Origin: Azolla caroliniana
Taxonomy: Eukaryota > Plantae > Polypodiophyta
Direction: 5' to 3'
DNA: 64,000 nucleotides
Assembly (NCBI GenBank): GCA_043228905.1
Contig: JBHGNT010000017.1
Coordinates: 7,626,001 to 7,690,000, forward strand
A program made the position numbers and the translations under genes. Below, piece after piece: positions 47,181 to 60,700 of this stretch; the first letter of the stretch is position 1, and each line of letters opens with the position of its first letter. The notes below the pieces were generated by a model. The model did not search any database, was not told where the DNA came from, and saw nothing but the letters and a program-made list of their open reading frames with translations.

Positions 47181-50100
47181 TGTTAAAAAACCGCGCTCGG
47201 CCACAACCGAGGAATAGGATCAACTCTCAGAAAACGGGAAATACAAAATGCACGAAGACAATAGAGAGAAGAGTACACAGGATATTTTTCGTGGAAAACC
47301 CTAAATGGGAAAAACCACGGGAGTCCTCAAACTCCAACTGTCACTATAAACAGAGGTGTACAATGGTGAAGCTACAAGGCAACAACCTTGAGCTCACTGT
47401 CTTTGCCACAGGCGGCGGTAATACACAGAGGCAACGACCTCTTCGTCTCTCTCTCTCTCTCTCTCTCTCTCGGCTGCTCTCACTTCGCAAACAGAAAAAA
47501 TGAACAACAACATAAAGTTGTTTGCCCTAAGTCATATTTATACATATATGACTTTCGGGCTATTTACAGATATAGCCTCAAGGGCCCTTGGCGAACATAT
47601 TCACAAATATGTCCCCGCATCCGGATCTCTCTCCGGGTACATTCATCATCCGGCTCCGTAGCCGGGGTCTTCGTCATCCGGCTCCGTAGCCGGGGTCTTC
47701 ATCCTCCGGCTCCGTAGCCGGGGTCTTCATCATCCGGCTCCGTAGCCGGGGTCTTCGTCATCCGGATCCGGACATCCGACCATCCCATCCGGAGGGACCG
47801 TAATCCCAGCAAACTCCCCCTTCACTTCGGCATGGGATGTCTTTCCAGTCCGACCCTCTTCCGGCACGCTTCCAGCTTGTCGGGTGTGAGCACTTTGGTC
47901 AGCATATCTGACCCGTTCTCGTCCGTGTGGATCTTCGTCAGCACGAATTCCTGGTCTTCTATCCTTTCCCGGATCCAGTGATATCTTCGCTGAATGTGCT
48001 TCGTCCGGGAGTGATAGGCCGCATTCTTCGCAAGGTGGATGGCACTCTGACTGTCGCAGTAGAGTCGGTACTCCTCCTGCCGGATACCGAGCTCTCTAAT
48101 GAAGTCCTTCATCCATATTATTTCCTTGCCGGCTTCAACAGCCGCCATGTACTCCGCCTCCGTGGTTGACAACGCAACCGTCTTCTGCAACCTCGACTGC
48201 CACGAAACAGCTCCCCCTGCATACGTCATCACATACCCTGACGTGGACCGGCTGGTATCTGCATCAGCCGACATATCCGAATCGGTAAAGCCGTCGAGTT
48301 CGGGCTTACCGGAGCCGAATCGGAGGCACACGTTTGCCGTGCCCTTCAGGTATCGGAGTATCCACTTGACCGCGTTCCAGTGCTCTTTGCCGGGATTGCT
48401 CATGTACCGGCTCACCACTCCGACTGCATATCCTATGTCCGGTCTTGTACACACCATTGCGTACATCAAGCTTCCTACGGCAGAGGCATATGGTATCTTC
48501 ATCATATCCTCCTTTTCAACCTTTGTCTTGGGACTTTGCTTGCCGGATAACTTGCAGTTTGCCGGGAGGGTTGACCCGACCGGTCTTGCTTCCGACATGT
48601 TGAACCGGTGAAGCACCTTTGTCACGTACTTCTCCTGTGACAGCCACAACTGCTTCTTCTTCCGGTCCCGGATGATGTGCATCCCTAGTATTTGCCTCGC
48701 CGGACCCAGGTCCTTCATTGAGAAGGTTCGGTGAAGTGCTTTCTTCAGCATCCGTATCTTGACCTGGTCCCGTTCGACGATCAACATGTCGTCCACGTAC
48801 AGGAGGAGTATTAGAGAGTCTCCTCCTTCGAACTTCTTCACAAACACGCAGTGATCGGACTGCGTTTTGTGGTACCCTTCGTCGGTCATGAAAGAGTCAA
48901 ACTTCCGGTACCATTGCCGGGGAGCCTGCTTTAGTCCGTAAAGGCTCTTCTTCAAACGGCATACCAGGTGCTCCTTCCCTTTCTTCTCGAATCCTTCCGG
49001 TTGCTGCATGTAGATCTCTTCTTCGAGGTCACCGTGAAGGAATGCCGTCTTCACGTCCATCTGTTCTACCTCGAGGTCCATGCTTGCCGCTATGCTCAGC
49101 ACCGTCCGGATGGAGGTCATCTTCACTACCGGGGCAAATATCTCGTCGAAGTCGACGCCCTTCTTCTGCTAGAACCCCTTCACCACGATCCTGGCTTTGT
49201 ATCTCGGGGGGTTTCCGGCATCTCCCGGTTTCAGCTTGAACACCCACTTATTTCGAAGTGCCCGCTTTCCTTTCGGCAACTCCACAAGTTCATATGTGTG
49301 GTTCTCATGCAGGGAATCCATCTCCTCCTGCATGGCACTTAACCACCTGCGGCTATGGTTGTCAAGCTTTGCTTCTTCAAAACTCTCCGGCTCCCCCTCG
49401 TCGGTTAGCAGCACGTGCTCTGGTTCCGGGAATCTCCGGGGGGGCCTTCTCTCTCTTAGAGGATATCTCCGTTCCGGAGCTTCGGTAACCGGCTCCTCCG
49501 TTTCCTCTTCATCCGAATCCATTTCGGGATCGAGGCCGGTTCCGGTATCAGTTTCATCTTCCTCGGCCGGTTCTGTTTCTTCACCGTCTTCGGCCGGATC
49601 CTCGAGTGCTAGCCGGTCCCTTGCCGGTCGGGACAGCTCTTCGTAGAGTTGATCCTCACCGGTCGACTTGGAGCTCTTCATCTTCTTCTCCGACTCCCAG
49701 TCGGCGAGTGTCTTGTCCTCCATGAAGATGATATCTCGACTCCTGAATATCTTCTTGTCGACCGGGTCCCATACTCGGTAGCCGAACTCGTCGTCGCCGT
49801 AACCGAGGAATATGCATGGCCGGGTCTTTGGATCTAACTTTCCTCTCCGGTCCTTTGCCACATGCACGTATGCGAGACACCCGAACACCTTCAGATGCCG
49901 GTAGGACACTTCCTTACCGGTCCACACTTTCTGCGGCGTGTCTCCGTCCAAAGGTACTGAGGGTGATCTATTTATCACATACGTCGCCGTCGACATTGCC
50001 TCAGCCCAAAACCCCTTGGGTAATTTAGCATGTGCTAGCATACTCCGGACCCTCTCCATTATGGTCCGGTTCATCCTCTCGGCCAGCCCGTTCAGTTCCG

Positions 50101-52190
50101 GCGTCTTCGGCATAGTAAACTCGAGCCGGATTCCCTTCGAGCGACAGTACTCCTCGAACTGCCCCCGGTATTCCCCTCCGTTATCCGCTCGTATCGCTTT
50201 CAGCTTCTTGCCGGATTCTCTTTCCACTCTCGCGTGGAGTTCTTTGAAAATGGACAATACTTGGTCCTTTGTCTTCAACGGTGCCGTCCACAGCTTCCGG
50301 CTGTGGTCATCAATGAATGTCACGAAGTACTGGGCTCCGCCATGTGACTTCGTTTCTACTTGACACACGTCAGTGTGCACCAACTCCAATGGTGCGCTAC
50401 GTCTCGTCAGTGGCCTTGAGTGGAAGGAGGTTCGGTTCTGTTTACCGGCCAGGCAATTGGTGCACTTCTCCAGGTGCACATGCTTCACTGGAATAAGGTT
50501 GTCTTCTGCAAGCCTCTTCATCCCCTTCTCACTCATGTGGCACAGTCTCTTGTGCCACAGCTCACCGGCAGTGTCGGCTGCCACGTTCAGCTCCTCCGGA
50601 CATAGCCGGGAATTCATCAGGTACAGTGTGTTGACCTTCCGGGCTCGAGCCACTATCAGGCTCCCTTTGCTGAACTTCATGACACCGTTCCGGATGCTAC
50701 CCGTGTAGCCTTCATCGTCTAGCCTCCCGGCCGAAATCAGGTTCAATCGAACCTCCGGAACGTGTCGAACATCCTTCAGCAGCATCTTGCATCCGGTTGA
50801 TGTCATCAGCCACACGTCTCCTATGCCGGCAATCCGGCATGTACCTTCATTTCCCATCCGGACACAGTCGTGCTCACCGGCTGTGTAGGATGAGAAGTAT
50901 TTCTTCTCCGGGGTCAGGTGGAACGACGCTCTGGAATCAACCACCCAGGTCATCTCTTCACCGGCAAGGTTCAGCTCCCTCTCTTCGGTAATGAGCATTA
51001 TCTCTTCTTCACTTGCCGCGAGTGCCGTCGTTCCTTTCCGGTCCTGCCCTCGCCAATCCGGACCTCTCCGGTCCGTGGCTCCCCGGTATGCACCGTTTCG
51101 CTCCGGTGACTTCTTCGAATCGGTACCGTCGGTTCCGTTGTCTTTCCGGAAATGCCGACAGTTCTTCTGGAAGTGCCCCGGCTTCCCACAGTAGAAGCAT
51201 GTAGGTCTTCCCCTCGACTGCGACCGTGTCCCCGACTTCTCCCGTCTTTGCGGACTCCGGTTCCGTTGTCTTCCCCGTTCCGATTCGGTAAGCAGCGCCT
51301 TCGAGTCGGAGGCCGGTTCTTTATCTCTCCGACGCGCTTCTTCATTTAGAATACTTGTCTTTACCGTTAGTAAGGACAAGTTCTCTTCCTTACAGGAGGT
51401 GCTGAGAGTAACCACCAAGTTCTCCCAGCTCTCCGGAAGGGTACACATCAGCATGATGGCTTGCATTGCGTCATCCAACGGGAACTTGATCGCCGCAAGC
51501 TGGTTCACGAATCCCATGAACGTGTTGACGTGTTCGACCATGCTCTCGCCGTCCCGGTACTTAAGATTCACTATCTTCCTCATCAGGGAGGTCCGGGTCA
51601 GGGCATTCTTCCTCTCATACAGTCCGGACAGCTTCTGCCACATCTCATAGGCGTTCGTATCGTTCGCCACATGTTGCAGAACACTTACATCTACATATTG
51701 CCGGATCGTCGCTAGGACTTTACGGTTCAGGAGCTTCCACTCCGACTCTATCACCCCCTTGGGTATCTCGGCATTGTCGATCGGTTCGTACAGGTCTCGG
51801 ACGATGAGAAGGTCTTCCATCTTTATCTTCCAGTCGGCGTAGTTCTGTGAGTTCAACACCATCATGCCCGGAGGCCCACTACCGCCGCCTTCCATTTTCT
51901 GTGTTAACCGTGCTCTGATACCAGTTTGTTAAAAAACCGCGCTCGGCCACAACCGAGGAATAGGATCAACTCTCAGAAAACGGGAAATACAAAATGCACG
52001 AAGACAATAGAGAGAAGAGTACACAGGATATTTTTCGTGGAAAACCCTAAATGGGAAAAACCACGGGAGTCCTCAAACTCCAACTGTCACTATAAACAGA
52101 GGTGTACAATGGTGAAGCTACAAGGCAACAACCTTGAGCTCACTGTCTTCGCCACAGGCGGCGGTAATACACAGAGGCAACGACCTCTTC

Positions 52191-52223
<33 letters not shown>

Positions 52224-52530
52224 CTGCTCTCACTTCGCAAACAGAAAAAATGAACAACATAAAGTTGTTTGCCCTAAGTCATATTTATACATATATGACT
52301 TTCGGGCTATTTACAGATATAGCCTCAAGGGCCCTTGGCGAACATATTCACAAATATGTCCCCGCATCCGAATCTCTCTCCGGGTACATTCATCATCCGG
52401 CTCCGTAGCCGGGGTCTTCGTCATCCGGCTCCGTAGCCGGGGTCTTCGTCATCCGGCTCCGTAGCCGGGGTCTTCGTCATCCGGATCCGGACATCCGACC
52501 ATCCCATCCGGAGGGACCGTAATCCCAGCA
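47181..52530 (-). mobile_element. Copia C: Tnt1/Tork-like Copia (same family as Copia B), inserted in the Copia D LTR
   Basis: LTRs 51927-52530 (5') and 47181-47811 (3'); TSD TAAGA; PBS TGGTATCAGAGC 51923-51912; PPT near 47821-47814. Confidence 0.96.
47822..51895 (-). pseudogene. Copia C gag-pol with a single in-frame nonsense codon at 49171-49169
   Basis: 908-aa and 434-aa ORFs share one frame, separated by TAG where Copia B has CAG; protease motif also altered (DSRAS). Confidence 0.92.
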
Positions 52531-53363
52531 TAAGACAATTCAGTAAAACACAGAAAATGCAAGGATGGAGATGGAGATGGAGAGAGAGAGAGCAGACAAC
52601 AGAAAACTTAGATTCAAAATAATGACACTTTGTTCTGTATACATACACCATGCTCAGTGAGCACCTTTTATACAAGCCCTGACAATCGGGCTAACACAAG
52701 TACTGACAATACTTGACACTCATAAATGAGCCGTTACACTCCCAAAATTATTCCTTCAGAGGAATATCGTTATAACGGCCTCTTTGATTTTCACACCAAT
52801 GGGGCCCTGTTGTGCGTACTTTTTCACACACCCAGTCTACACACTGGGTTACGCACTGTGTTACGCACCAACGTTGAGCTTATCACTCAACACTCCCCCT
52901 CAAGCTCAACTTGAGGTTCTGTCCGCTCTTCCAGATCTACGCTCCAGTTCCTTCTCGCTTCATGCCTTGCTCGCGCTCCTTGACCCGTTCGATTCCGCGT
53001 GCTTCGACCCTTCCGGTCGGCTTGTCTTCTGGTTTGGTCCTTCTCAGCTCCCTTGCTGCCGCGGGGTCGGCGTGTCCTTCGCTACCCTTTTCTCCGCATG
53101 GCCTTCAGTTGATTCGGCGTATCCGAATCAAACATTCCGATTGAATTGAACGCTTTCGATTCAATTCCGCTCTCATCCGAATTGGCTGTCTCCAATTCGT
53201 CTCTTGTCTTTAGGCCTTTGACAAGTTCTAACCACGTCTTCGTCTTGGCCTTATCTCCCCCTGTTTCGGCTGTCCTTAGCTCCTTCTTATGCTTATGACC
53301 CTTGCTTCCGTCTTCAGTTTCTTCAGCCGGTTCGAAGTCAAATTCTCCATCCGACTCCACATC

Positions 53364-56300
53364 TCAGTCACTTCCGCCGTGATGCTTACCTCCGCTCCTT
53401 TCACACTCTTCTCCTTGTTCTTCCTCTCTCCCCCTCAAGTTTGGCGTGTCGAGGTGACGCAATCCTAGCTCACCCGAGAAATGCCGCAACTTGTCGAGAC
53501 CAAGAGGCTTGGTGAAGATGTCGGCAACCTGCCGATCCGTCGGAACATACACTAGTTCAACTTCACCTGAAAGGACCTGCTTGTGGACAAAATGGTAATG
53601 CACCTCAATGTGCTTGGTCCGACCGTGGAACACGGGGTTTTTTGCAAGGTGGATACTGCTGAGGTTGTCACAAAAGATCGTCGTCGGATCAGACACCTCT
53701 ACATGCAGATCTCGTAATAGCCGTTTTAGCCAAATGACTTCGCACGTAGTGACAGTCGCCCCTCGATACTCGGCCTGCGTGTTCGACAGTGCTACTGTCG
53801 ACTGCTTCTTACTGCTCCACGCAATTGCCGCACTTCCTACAGAGAATGCATATCCGGATGTGGATCTACGATCGTGGGCGTTTCTGGCCCAATCGATATC
53901 CGTGTGGCCGACTAACTGTTCGGCTACGCCTACCCGATAAAACAATGCCATGTTTTTCGTGCCGCTACCATAACGCAATATTTGTTTCGCGCACTGAAAG
54001 TGTTCGGTCACAGGCTGCGACATGAATTGACTGATTAAGCCGACCGGGTAGCTAAGATCCGGCCGAGTAATCGTCAAATAGATAAGGCTCCCGACAATCT
54101 GTCGGAACCGTATTGGGTGGCACGCCTTGCCCGAATCTCGGCGAAGCTTCACGTTTCTATCCAGAGGGGTCAAGCTGGGCTTACAGTTTGTCATCCCGAA
54201 CTTGAAGAGCATATTCAGCGTAATGACGTTAGCTGAGCAATATTCCTTGGGGGGTATGGATCACTTCGATCCCAAGGAAGTAATGAAGGTCTCCGAGATC
54301 CTTCATTTCAAACGATGCCGCAAGCTAAGACTTCACACGGCAGATTTCGTCAAGATCGGCTCTAGCGATGTAGAGAAAAGTCCGATTTCGACGGGGCAAA
54401 CCCCATCCTACGCAATTGTTGCGTAATCTTTGCGTTCCAAGATCACGGGGCTTGCTTTAGTCCATATAAGGACTTCTTCAATCGGCAAACTTCCGAGGTG
54501 TTTTGTTCAGATAGAAATTCGGGGGGTTGTACCATGTACACCTGCTCCTCAAGATGACCTTGTAGGAATGTGTTCTTTACATCCATCTGATGTAAGTGCC
54601 ACCCCTTTGCCGCTACTACGGCTAGCAGGACTCGCACAATAGTCATCTTTGCGACAGGTGCGAAGGTGTCTTCATAGTCCACACCATGCTTCTGTGCGTA
54701 GCCTTTTGCTACTAAACGAGCCTTGTCGCGGTTGACGGAGTCGTCCATGTTGTGTTTCACTTTATACACCCACCGGTAGCTGATTAGCTTTACACCCTTC
54801 GGTGCGTCAACCAGGTCCCATGTCTTGTTCTGCATTAAGGCATGCATCTCTTCCTCCATTATGGCATGCCAATTTGCGTCCTTCGCCGCTTCTGCGTAGC
54901 TCTTCGGCTCACGCACTTTCACCACTCCCGTCATTTACGCGTAATGGTGCGCCATGTACTCATTATACCTATATCTCTTTACGGGGTTCTTGAGGCAGGT
55001 AGATCGACGTAATTCATGATTACCTGATTTCACGACCTTTTCGGCTACTGTCGACCTCTTCAATGGAGGTTCTTTTTCAGTTTGCCCGTAGTCAGACTCA
55101 CTCCGATCTGACTCTGCGCTGCCGAAGTCATATTCCGGGATTTTGTTCTTGACTTTTTCCTTGTGCGTAAGCCGTCTCCTCAGCTTCCTGCGCGGGGAAT
55201 GCACGGCCGAGTCTCCACTACTCGCCGTCTCATCATCTGGCTGGCCATCTTTGCTCCACCCCTCATTCAGCCTACTTAGCCGAAATGAGGTCGGACTCTC
55301 TCTTAGAGCAGTCCGACGTCCTCATCATGCGGAGGCATTTCAACCTCGTTGATTTCTTCTTCAGAAATCGGAATGGAGTCATGAGGTTCTGGAGGAGAAG
55401 GCAGGTACCACGAAGCGGACTCGTCGAACACAATGTCGTGGCTTATGCGTACTTCCTTTGTTCGAGGGTTATAACACTTATACCCTTTTCTGCTCATCTG
55501 AATAGCCGACCAAGATACATTTCTCAGCTTTAGCATCCGGTTTCCTCCTTTCCTCCTTTTCTCCTCAAGTGTGCCAAGTTCGGCTTCTTCCCGAAATACA
55601 GCTCATGTGGCGACACTCCTCCATTAGCAGAAGTTCGATTCTACAGGTAGACAGCCATCTTCACGGCTTCGTCCCAATAGAATTTCGGCATATGCTTCTC
55701 TTCAAGCATTGCCCTGGCCATTTCTTCAATTGTCCGATTCTTCTACTCGGCTACGCTATTCTGCTTCGGCGTATATCTACACGAGAATTCGCGTCGAATT
55801 CCCTCCTTCTATAGATAACTTGTGAACTGGTCAGAGAAGTACTCCTTCCCGCCATCAGATTGTAGGCATTTGATCTTACGCCATGTTTCCCTTTCTGCAA
55901 GGCTCTTCACTTCCAGGAAACACGCGAAGACTTCGCTCTTCTTCTCAATAATGCATGCCCACGTGTGACGAGTGAAGTCATCGATGAAGGTTACAAAGTC
56001 ACGGCTTCCACCGAAACTCACGTTCTGTGTCGGACCCCACACATCCGAATGGATCAAATCCAACGGACTTTGACTATGATTATGCTCATTGAGGAATGGA
56101 AGTCAGTGTTGTTTTCCCATCTAACAGGTTTCATAGACTCGACCACTCCGACCACGAAATTTCGAACCCGAAAACAATGTTCTTGGTCTGCATTTCACGA
56201 AGCCGCGGGAAATTTATGTGGCCGAACCGCTTGTGCCACAAGTCGATATCCGATTTGACCTTTTGTCCTTTCGCGTACAATGCGGTTCCGGCTTGATTAG

Positions 56301-56688
56301 TGTTGAGGATAAACATCCTCCCTTCACGGTGCCCTTGCACGATTACTTTGCCTTCCTCTTCTATGAAGCAGCCGAGATGCGTGAATCGAACTTGCATTCC
56401 CTTGTCGATGATCTGACGGACCGACACTAGGTTCTTGATTATTGTCCGGACGTGAAGCACGTTCATGAGTTTCCCTTTCTGCCCGACGTGGCTGAGAGGA
56501 ACTTCGCCGACATGTTCGATGGTATGCGGAGTGTCGTCTCCCATTTCGACCATTCTTTGTGACTCCGATTTCTCCAAGTATGAGAACCATTCCTCGTGAA
56601 TCGTCATATGATTTGACGCTCCGGAATCAACATACCACACCACGCTTGATTTCGAGGTGTTCACGACCATAGAATTGGCCTTATGATT
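53364..56688 (-). pseudogene. pol: Copia D pol fragments (PR, IN, RT lacking the YVDD region, RNase H)
   Basis: [46 protein letters not shown] and ADIFTK in broken ORFs. Confidence 0.87.
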
Positions 56689-57405
56689 TGTTAGGAAACA
56701 GGTCCCTCCGGATGAAAAGACCCAGTAAGAACCGGATGAGGAGTACCCGGAAACGGAAGACCCGGTGAGAACCGGATGATGAGTGCCCGGCAAGCGCCGG
56801 ATGAAGGAGTACCCGGAAATGGAAGACCCGGTGAGAACCAGATGATGAGTGCCCGGCAAGCGCCGGATGAAGGAGTACCCGGAAACGGAAGACCCGGTGA
56901 GAACCGGATGATGAGGGCCCGGCAAGCGCCGGATGATGCAGGCCCGATGAGGAGTGCTCACCGGATGGAGGGATGTTGCCGTTTAGGAACACGGTCCGCG
57001 GTCAGTCCTTCAACCTAGACCTCAAAGTGGGTGTGGAACAACGAACATGTGTTTAAGTGTAATGCGTAAGGGAAGAACCCTTGTAACCTATCAGCGTATA
57101 AGGGCAGACGGTTACAACCGAATCCCTGTTAAGGGTCACACTTACGTACTACAACGCTTAAGTATTCAAGACACCCACACTGAACTAGCCGTAGCTATAC
57201 ACAGAAAATCAGAGAAGATAGGATTCTATTATTAGGTGTTTCTTTACATTCCCCAAAATTACACGCACCTCCCTCAAAGGTTTTATATGCAGGGTCTAAT
57301 TAGCCGTTCACGCTTCCTACGTGAACCGTTACATGCGTTATGCTCTTATATAATTTCTTATTCCTACGCTTTTGTCCGTCGGTTACGATTCCGACGGACA
57401 ACACT

Positions 57406-57422
57406 TGGCACACCTGTGGGAC
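57406..57422 (+). other. tRNA-Arg PBS-like sequence at the position expected for the G4 polypurine tract
   Basis: TGGCACACCTGTGGGAC, 2 nt inside the 3' LTR, on the strand opposite to gag-pol; no purine tract present. Confidence 0.65.
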
Positions 57423-57799
57423 AGTGCCCTGGCACGTCGGACCCATCCCGTTAATCTTCTTCCAAAATGGCCCGGATGTTCGGCTCTGCTGTGGTGTCCT
57501 CGTCCGGAGGTGATGTAGGGCCCGTAGGTGCATCGTGGTGTGGCTGCTCTGTTTGGTCGGGTTGGTTTCTCCTAGAGTCGCTGTCGCCATGTGTGGGTAG
57601 TCCGGGTATGATGGGCTCTTCTTGAGCCATCGTGGTGTCGCATGTTCTTGAACTAGGAGTTTGTGCATGCCTTTAGTCGTTTTAATAGTCACTATCTTCT
57701 CTTCTTCTTTTTTGTAACAGTTATTTACAACCTATTTTTACATTATAATAGAAATGGGGCTGTCTATTTTACGTTGCGGGTTCTCCGGGTCTGTCCCGT

Positions 57800-60700
57800 T
57801 CAGCGGTGAATGGGTTAGGTGGCGTAGGGCCCAGGTAAGGTTTGAGCTGAAACCCATTCACCTTTTACCGTACTACTACTCCAGCCAGCGTTCCTAGTTG
57901 GAACGTGCCTTGTTCCGCTCCAAGTATCCAGTATGGGCCGGTCCAGCGGAAACGTAACTTCCCTGGCATATGGCACATGCGCGTTTGAAAAACTAGCACC
58001 GCTCGGCCCACGGCAAACTCCTTTTCCCTTGCGTTCTGATGTCGATCCACAAACGCTTTACGCCGTCGTTGTTCCTGTTCCAACACAGCCATGCTGTGAA
58101 CGCGTTTTTCCCCTAGTTCGAGGAGCTGGTAGAGCCGTACCTCCTCCGACTTGGCTTTTGATAATCAATTCCGTACCTGAATGCGCAAACTAGGTACTTG
58201 AAATTCGACCGGCATCACAGCCTCCAGTCCAAACGCTAGTCGGAACGGTGTTGATTGTATGCTTGTTTTGTAACTAGTTCTCTACGCCCATAACGCACTC
58301 TGTAGTTTGGTATCCCAGTCCGTTCTATTTTCATTGGCGGTTTTCTTCAAAATGGTCTGTAATGTCTTGTTCGTGGATTCTGCTAATCCATTTGCCTGTG
58401 GATAATATGGTGTGCTCTTCTTGTGGACTACGGCGTAATGATGTGTTAATTCCCGAACCACCATATTGAGAAAGTGACTCCCCTGGTCACTGATGAGCTC
58501 AATTGGATAGCCGAACCGGCACCAGATGTGCTCGTAAAGGAATTTGGCTATGACGGCCGCCGTATTTTCACGTAGTGCCTTTGCTTCGACCCATTTGGTG
58601 CAGTAATCTGTGGCTACCAATATGTATTTATTGCCCGTACGGGCCGCCGCTGGCGTGAAGGGCCCTACAAAATCCAATACCCACTTTTGGAAGGGGTCTA
58701 GCAGTAATACGGACTGGTGTGGCATCCTTTCATCCTCCGTGGGCTGACCCATCCGCTGACACAAATCACACTTTCTACAATACTCGGATGTGTCCTTCTG
58801 CGTTGTTGGCCACCATAAGCCTGCCTGCCATACTTTCCGGGTTGTCACGTCGCCCACGTAATGGCCGTCTGCCGTGCCGCAGTGTGCCTCCCGTAAAACT
58901 TCTTCCTTCTCATCCTGATGGACCCCACGTCGCCAAATGCCATCACTTCCTTTGTGATATAAAACGCCTTCGACGAGGCAGAAGTGACGGCTTCGGACGG
59001 CTAGTCGTTTCTTCTCATCCGTGCGTAATTGTGGTGGAGGCAGTCCTGTAGTTAAAAAGTATGTCATTTCCATAAGCCACCGGTCCGGAAAGGTGGATTC
59101 CGTTTTTTCTGCAAGTGTCGCTACTCGCAAGATGTCGGCGTCCGGAAAATCGTCGTCGTCTTTCTGTACAGTTTCTCCATTCTCGAGTTTGCTCAAAAAA
59201 TTCGCCACTGCATGTTGCGTCCCTGGTCGGTGCTGAATTACGAAATCGAATTCCTGGAGCAACAGCATCCACCGCGCCAATTTCCCTGTCAGGGCTTGTT
59301 TCTCCACCAAATACAATAATGTCGAATGATCCACGTGGAACATGAATTTCCTTGCTAATAAATAGTGTCGGAATTTATTGATGCTATATATCATTTGTTG
59401 AGAGACAAGCTCAACATCGGCCGGATCGGCTGAAGAAGCCGAGGACCGGATCGGCTGGGACCGATCGGTTAGGCCGTTAGGAAAGATATTCCGTGAGGAA
59501 TATATTTGGGAGTTAGTGTAGGAGCTCTTAATGAGCATTGAAGTACTGTCAGTACTCCAGTCAGTCCTTCTAGGGCTTGTACAAAGTGTTCATTGAACAC
59601 ATATATGTTTGTTTTTTGTCTTTTATTATATACCTTCCTTTTGGTGTCTCCTCTCCAACTCTCTCGGTCTCTACTGCGTATACTGTGTAAGCTCAAGCTC
59701 TCCATTAAACCTGAGTATTCTCCCTTCTGCTCTGTCTTTATACTTGCTTCCGCACGCTACTTTTTACATCATCCCTAGCGCCTCCCGCTTAGTTGTGGAA
59801 TAGTTACGCTCTGCTGCTGACAATTTACGACTCACGTAGTATATTGGCCTGTACCAGTTTGGTTCGGTGAGTTGCATTAGTGCGCTTCCTATTGCTATGT
59901 CTGAGGCGTCAACGAACACGTGGAATGGCTTCGCCCAAACTGGTGGTTGTACGACAGGAGCCTGTGTGAGCATTATCTTAAGTGCCTCATAGGCCTTATC
60001 CTCCGTTGCAGTCCATTGGAAAGGAGTCCGATGTACGGCAGTGTGTAGCGGCGTGGCGAAGTCCGCCAAATACCGTATCATCCAACTATGCCACCGTATT
60101 TGGCATTTGTCGGAGTTTTGGCTTGCGTAATCGCGGAGATCTTGTTTGGGTCGACCGCTATTCCCTCTTTGCTGACTATGTGGCTTAGGAGAGTCCCGCT
60201 GGTCACGCCGAAGGAACATTTCGCGGGATTCAGGCTTAAGCGTGCGATGCGGCAACTTTCCAAACACAGTCGTAAGTGCGTAAAATGGTCTATTGTTTCC
60301 CCATATACGGCAAAGTCATCTAGAAAAACTTGCATGAACGCCGGAATGTATTCCCCAAAGATCTCCGTAATCGTTCGTTGAAATGTTGTTGGCGTTGTCT
60401 TTAGCCTGAACATCATGACGACTGCCACATAGACTCCCCAGCCCGTGACAAACGCCATCTTCTCCTGGACCTCGGGGTGCATGCGTACCTGGTTATAGCC
60501 ACTGAAGGCATCTAAGAAACTGTACATCTCATGGCCTGTGACGACGTCCAACACGCTATCGGTGAAGGGTAAGGGAAATGCATCCGTAATGGTTACGACA
60601 TTTAATTTTCGGTAATCTACGCATACCCGTATTTTGCCCTTTTTCTTTGGGACGACCACTATCGGGCTTAGCCATGTCGCTTGTTTAACTGGTCGTATGA

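Noticed and set aside
53082-53360. env-like gene after Copia D pol
   Set aside because: Short, hydrophilic, no transmembrane segment; kept only as a low-interest extra segment
54221-54480. Apparent foreign or inverted segment in Copia D RT (plus-strand ORFs)
   Set aside because: The minus strand still reads as RT with a deletion of the YVDD region; ordinary decay
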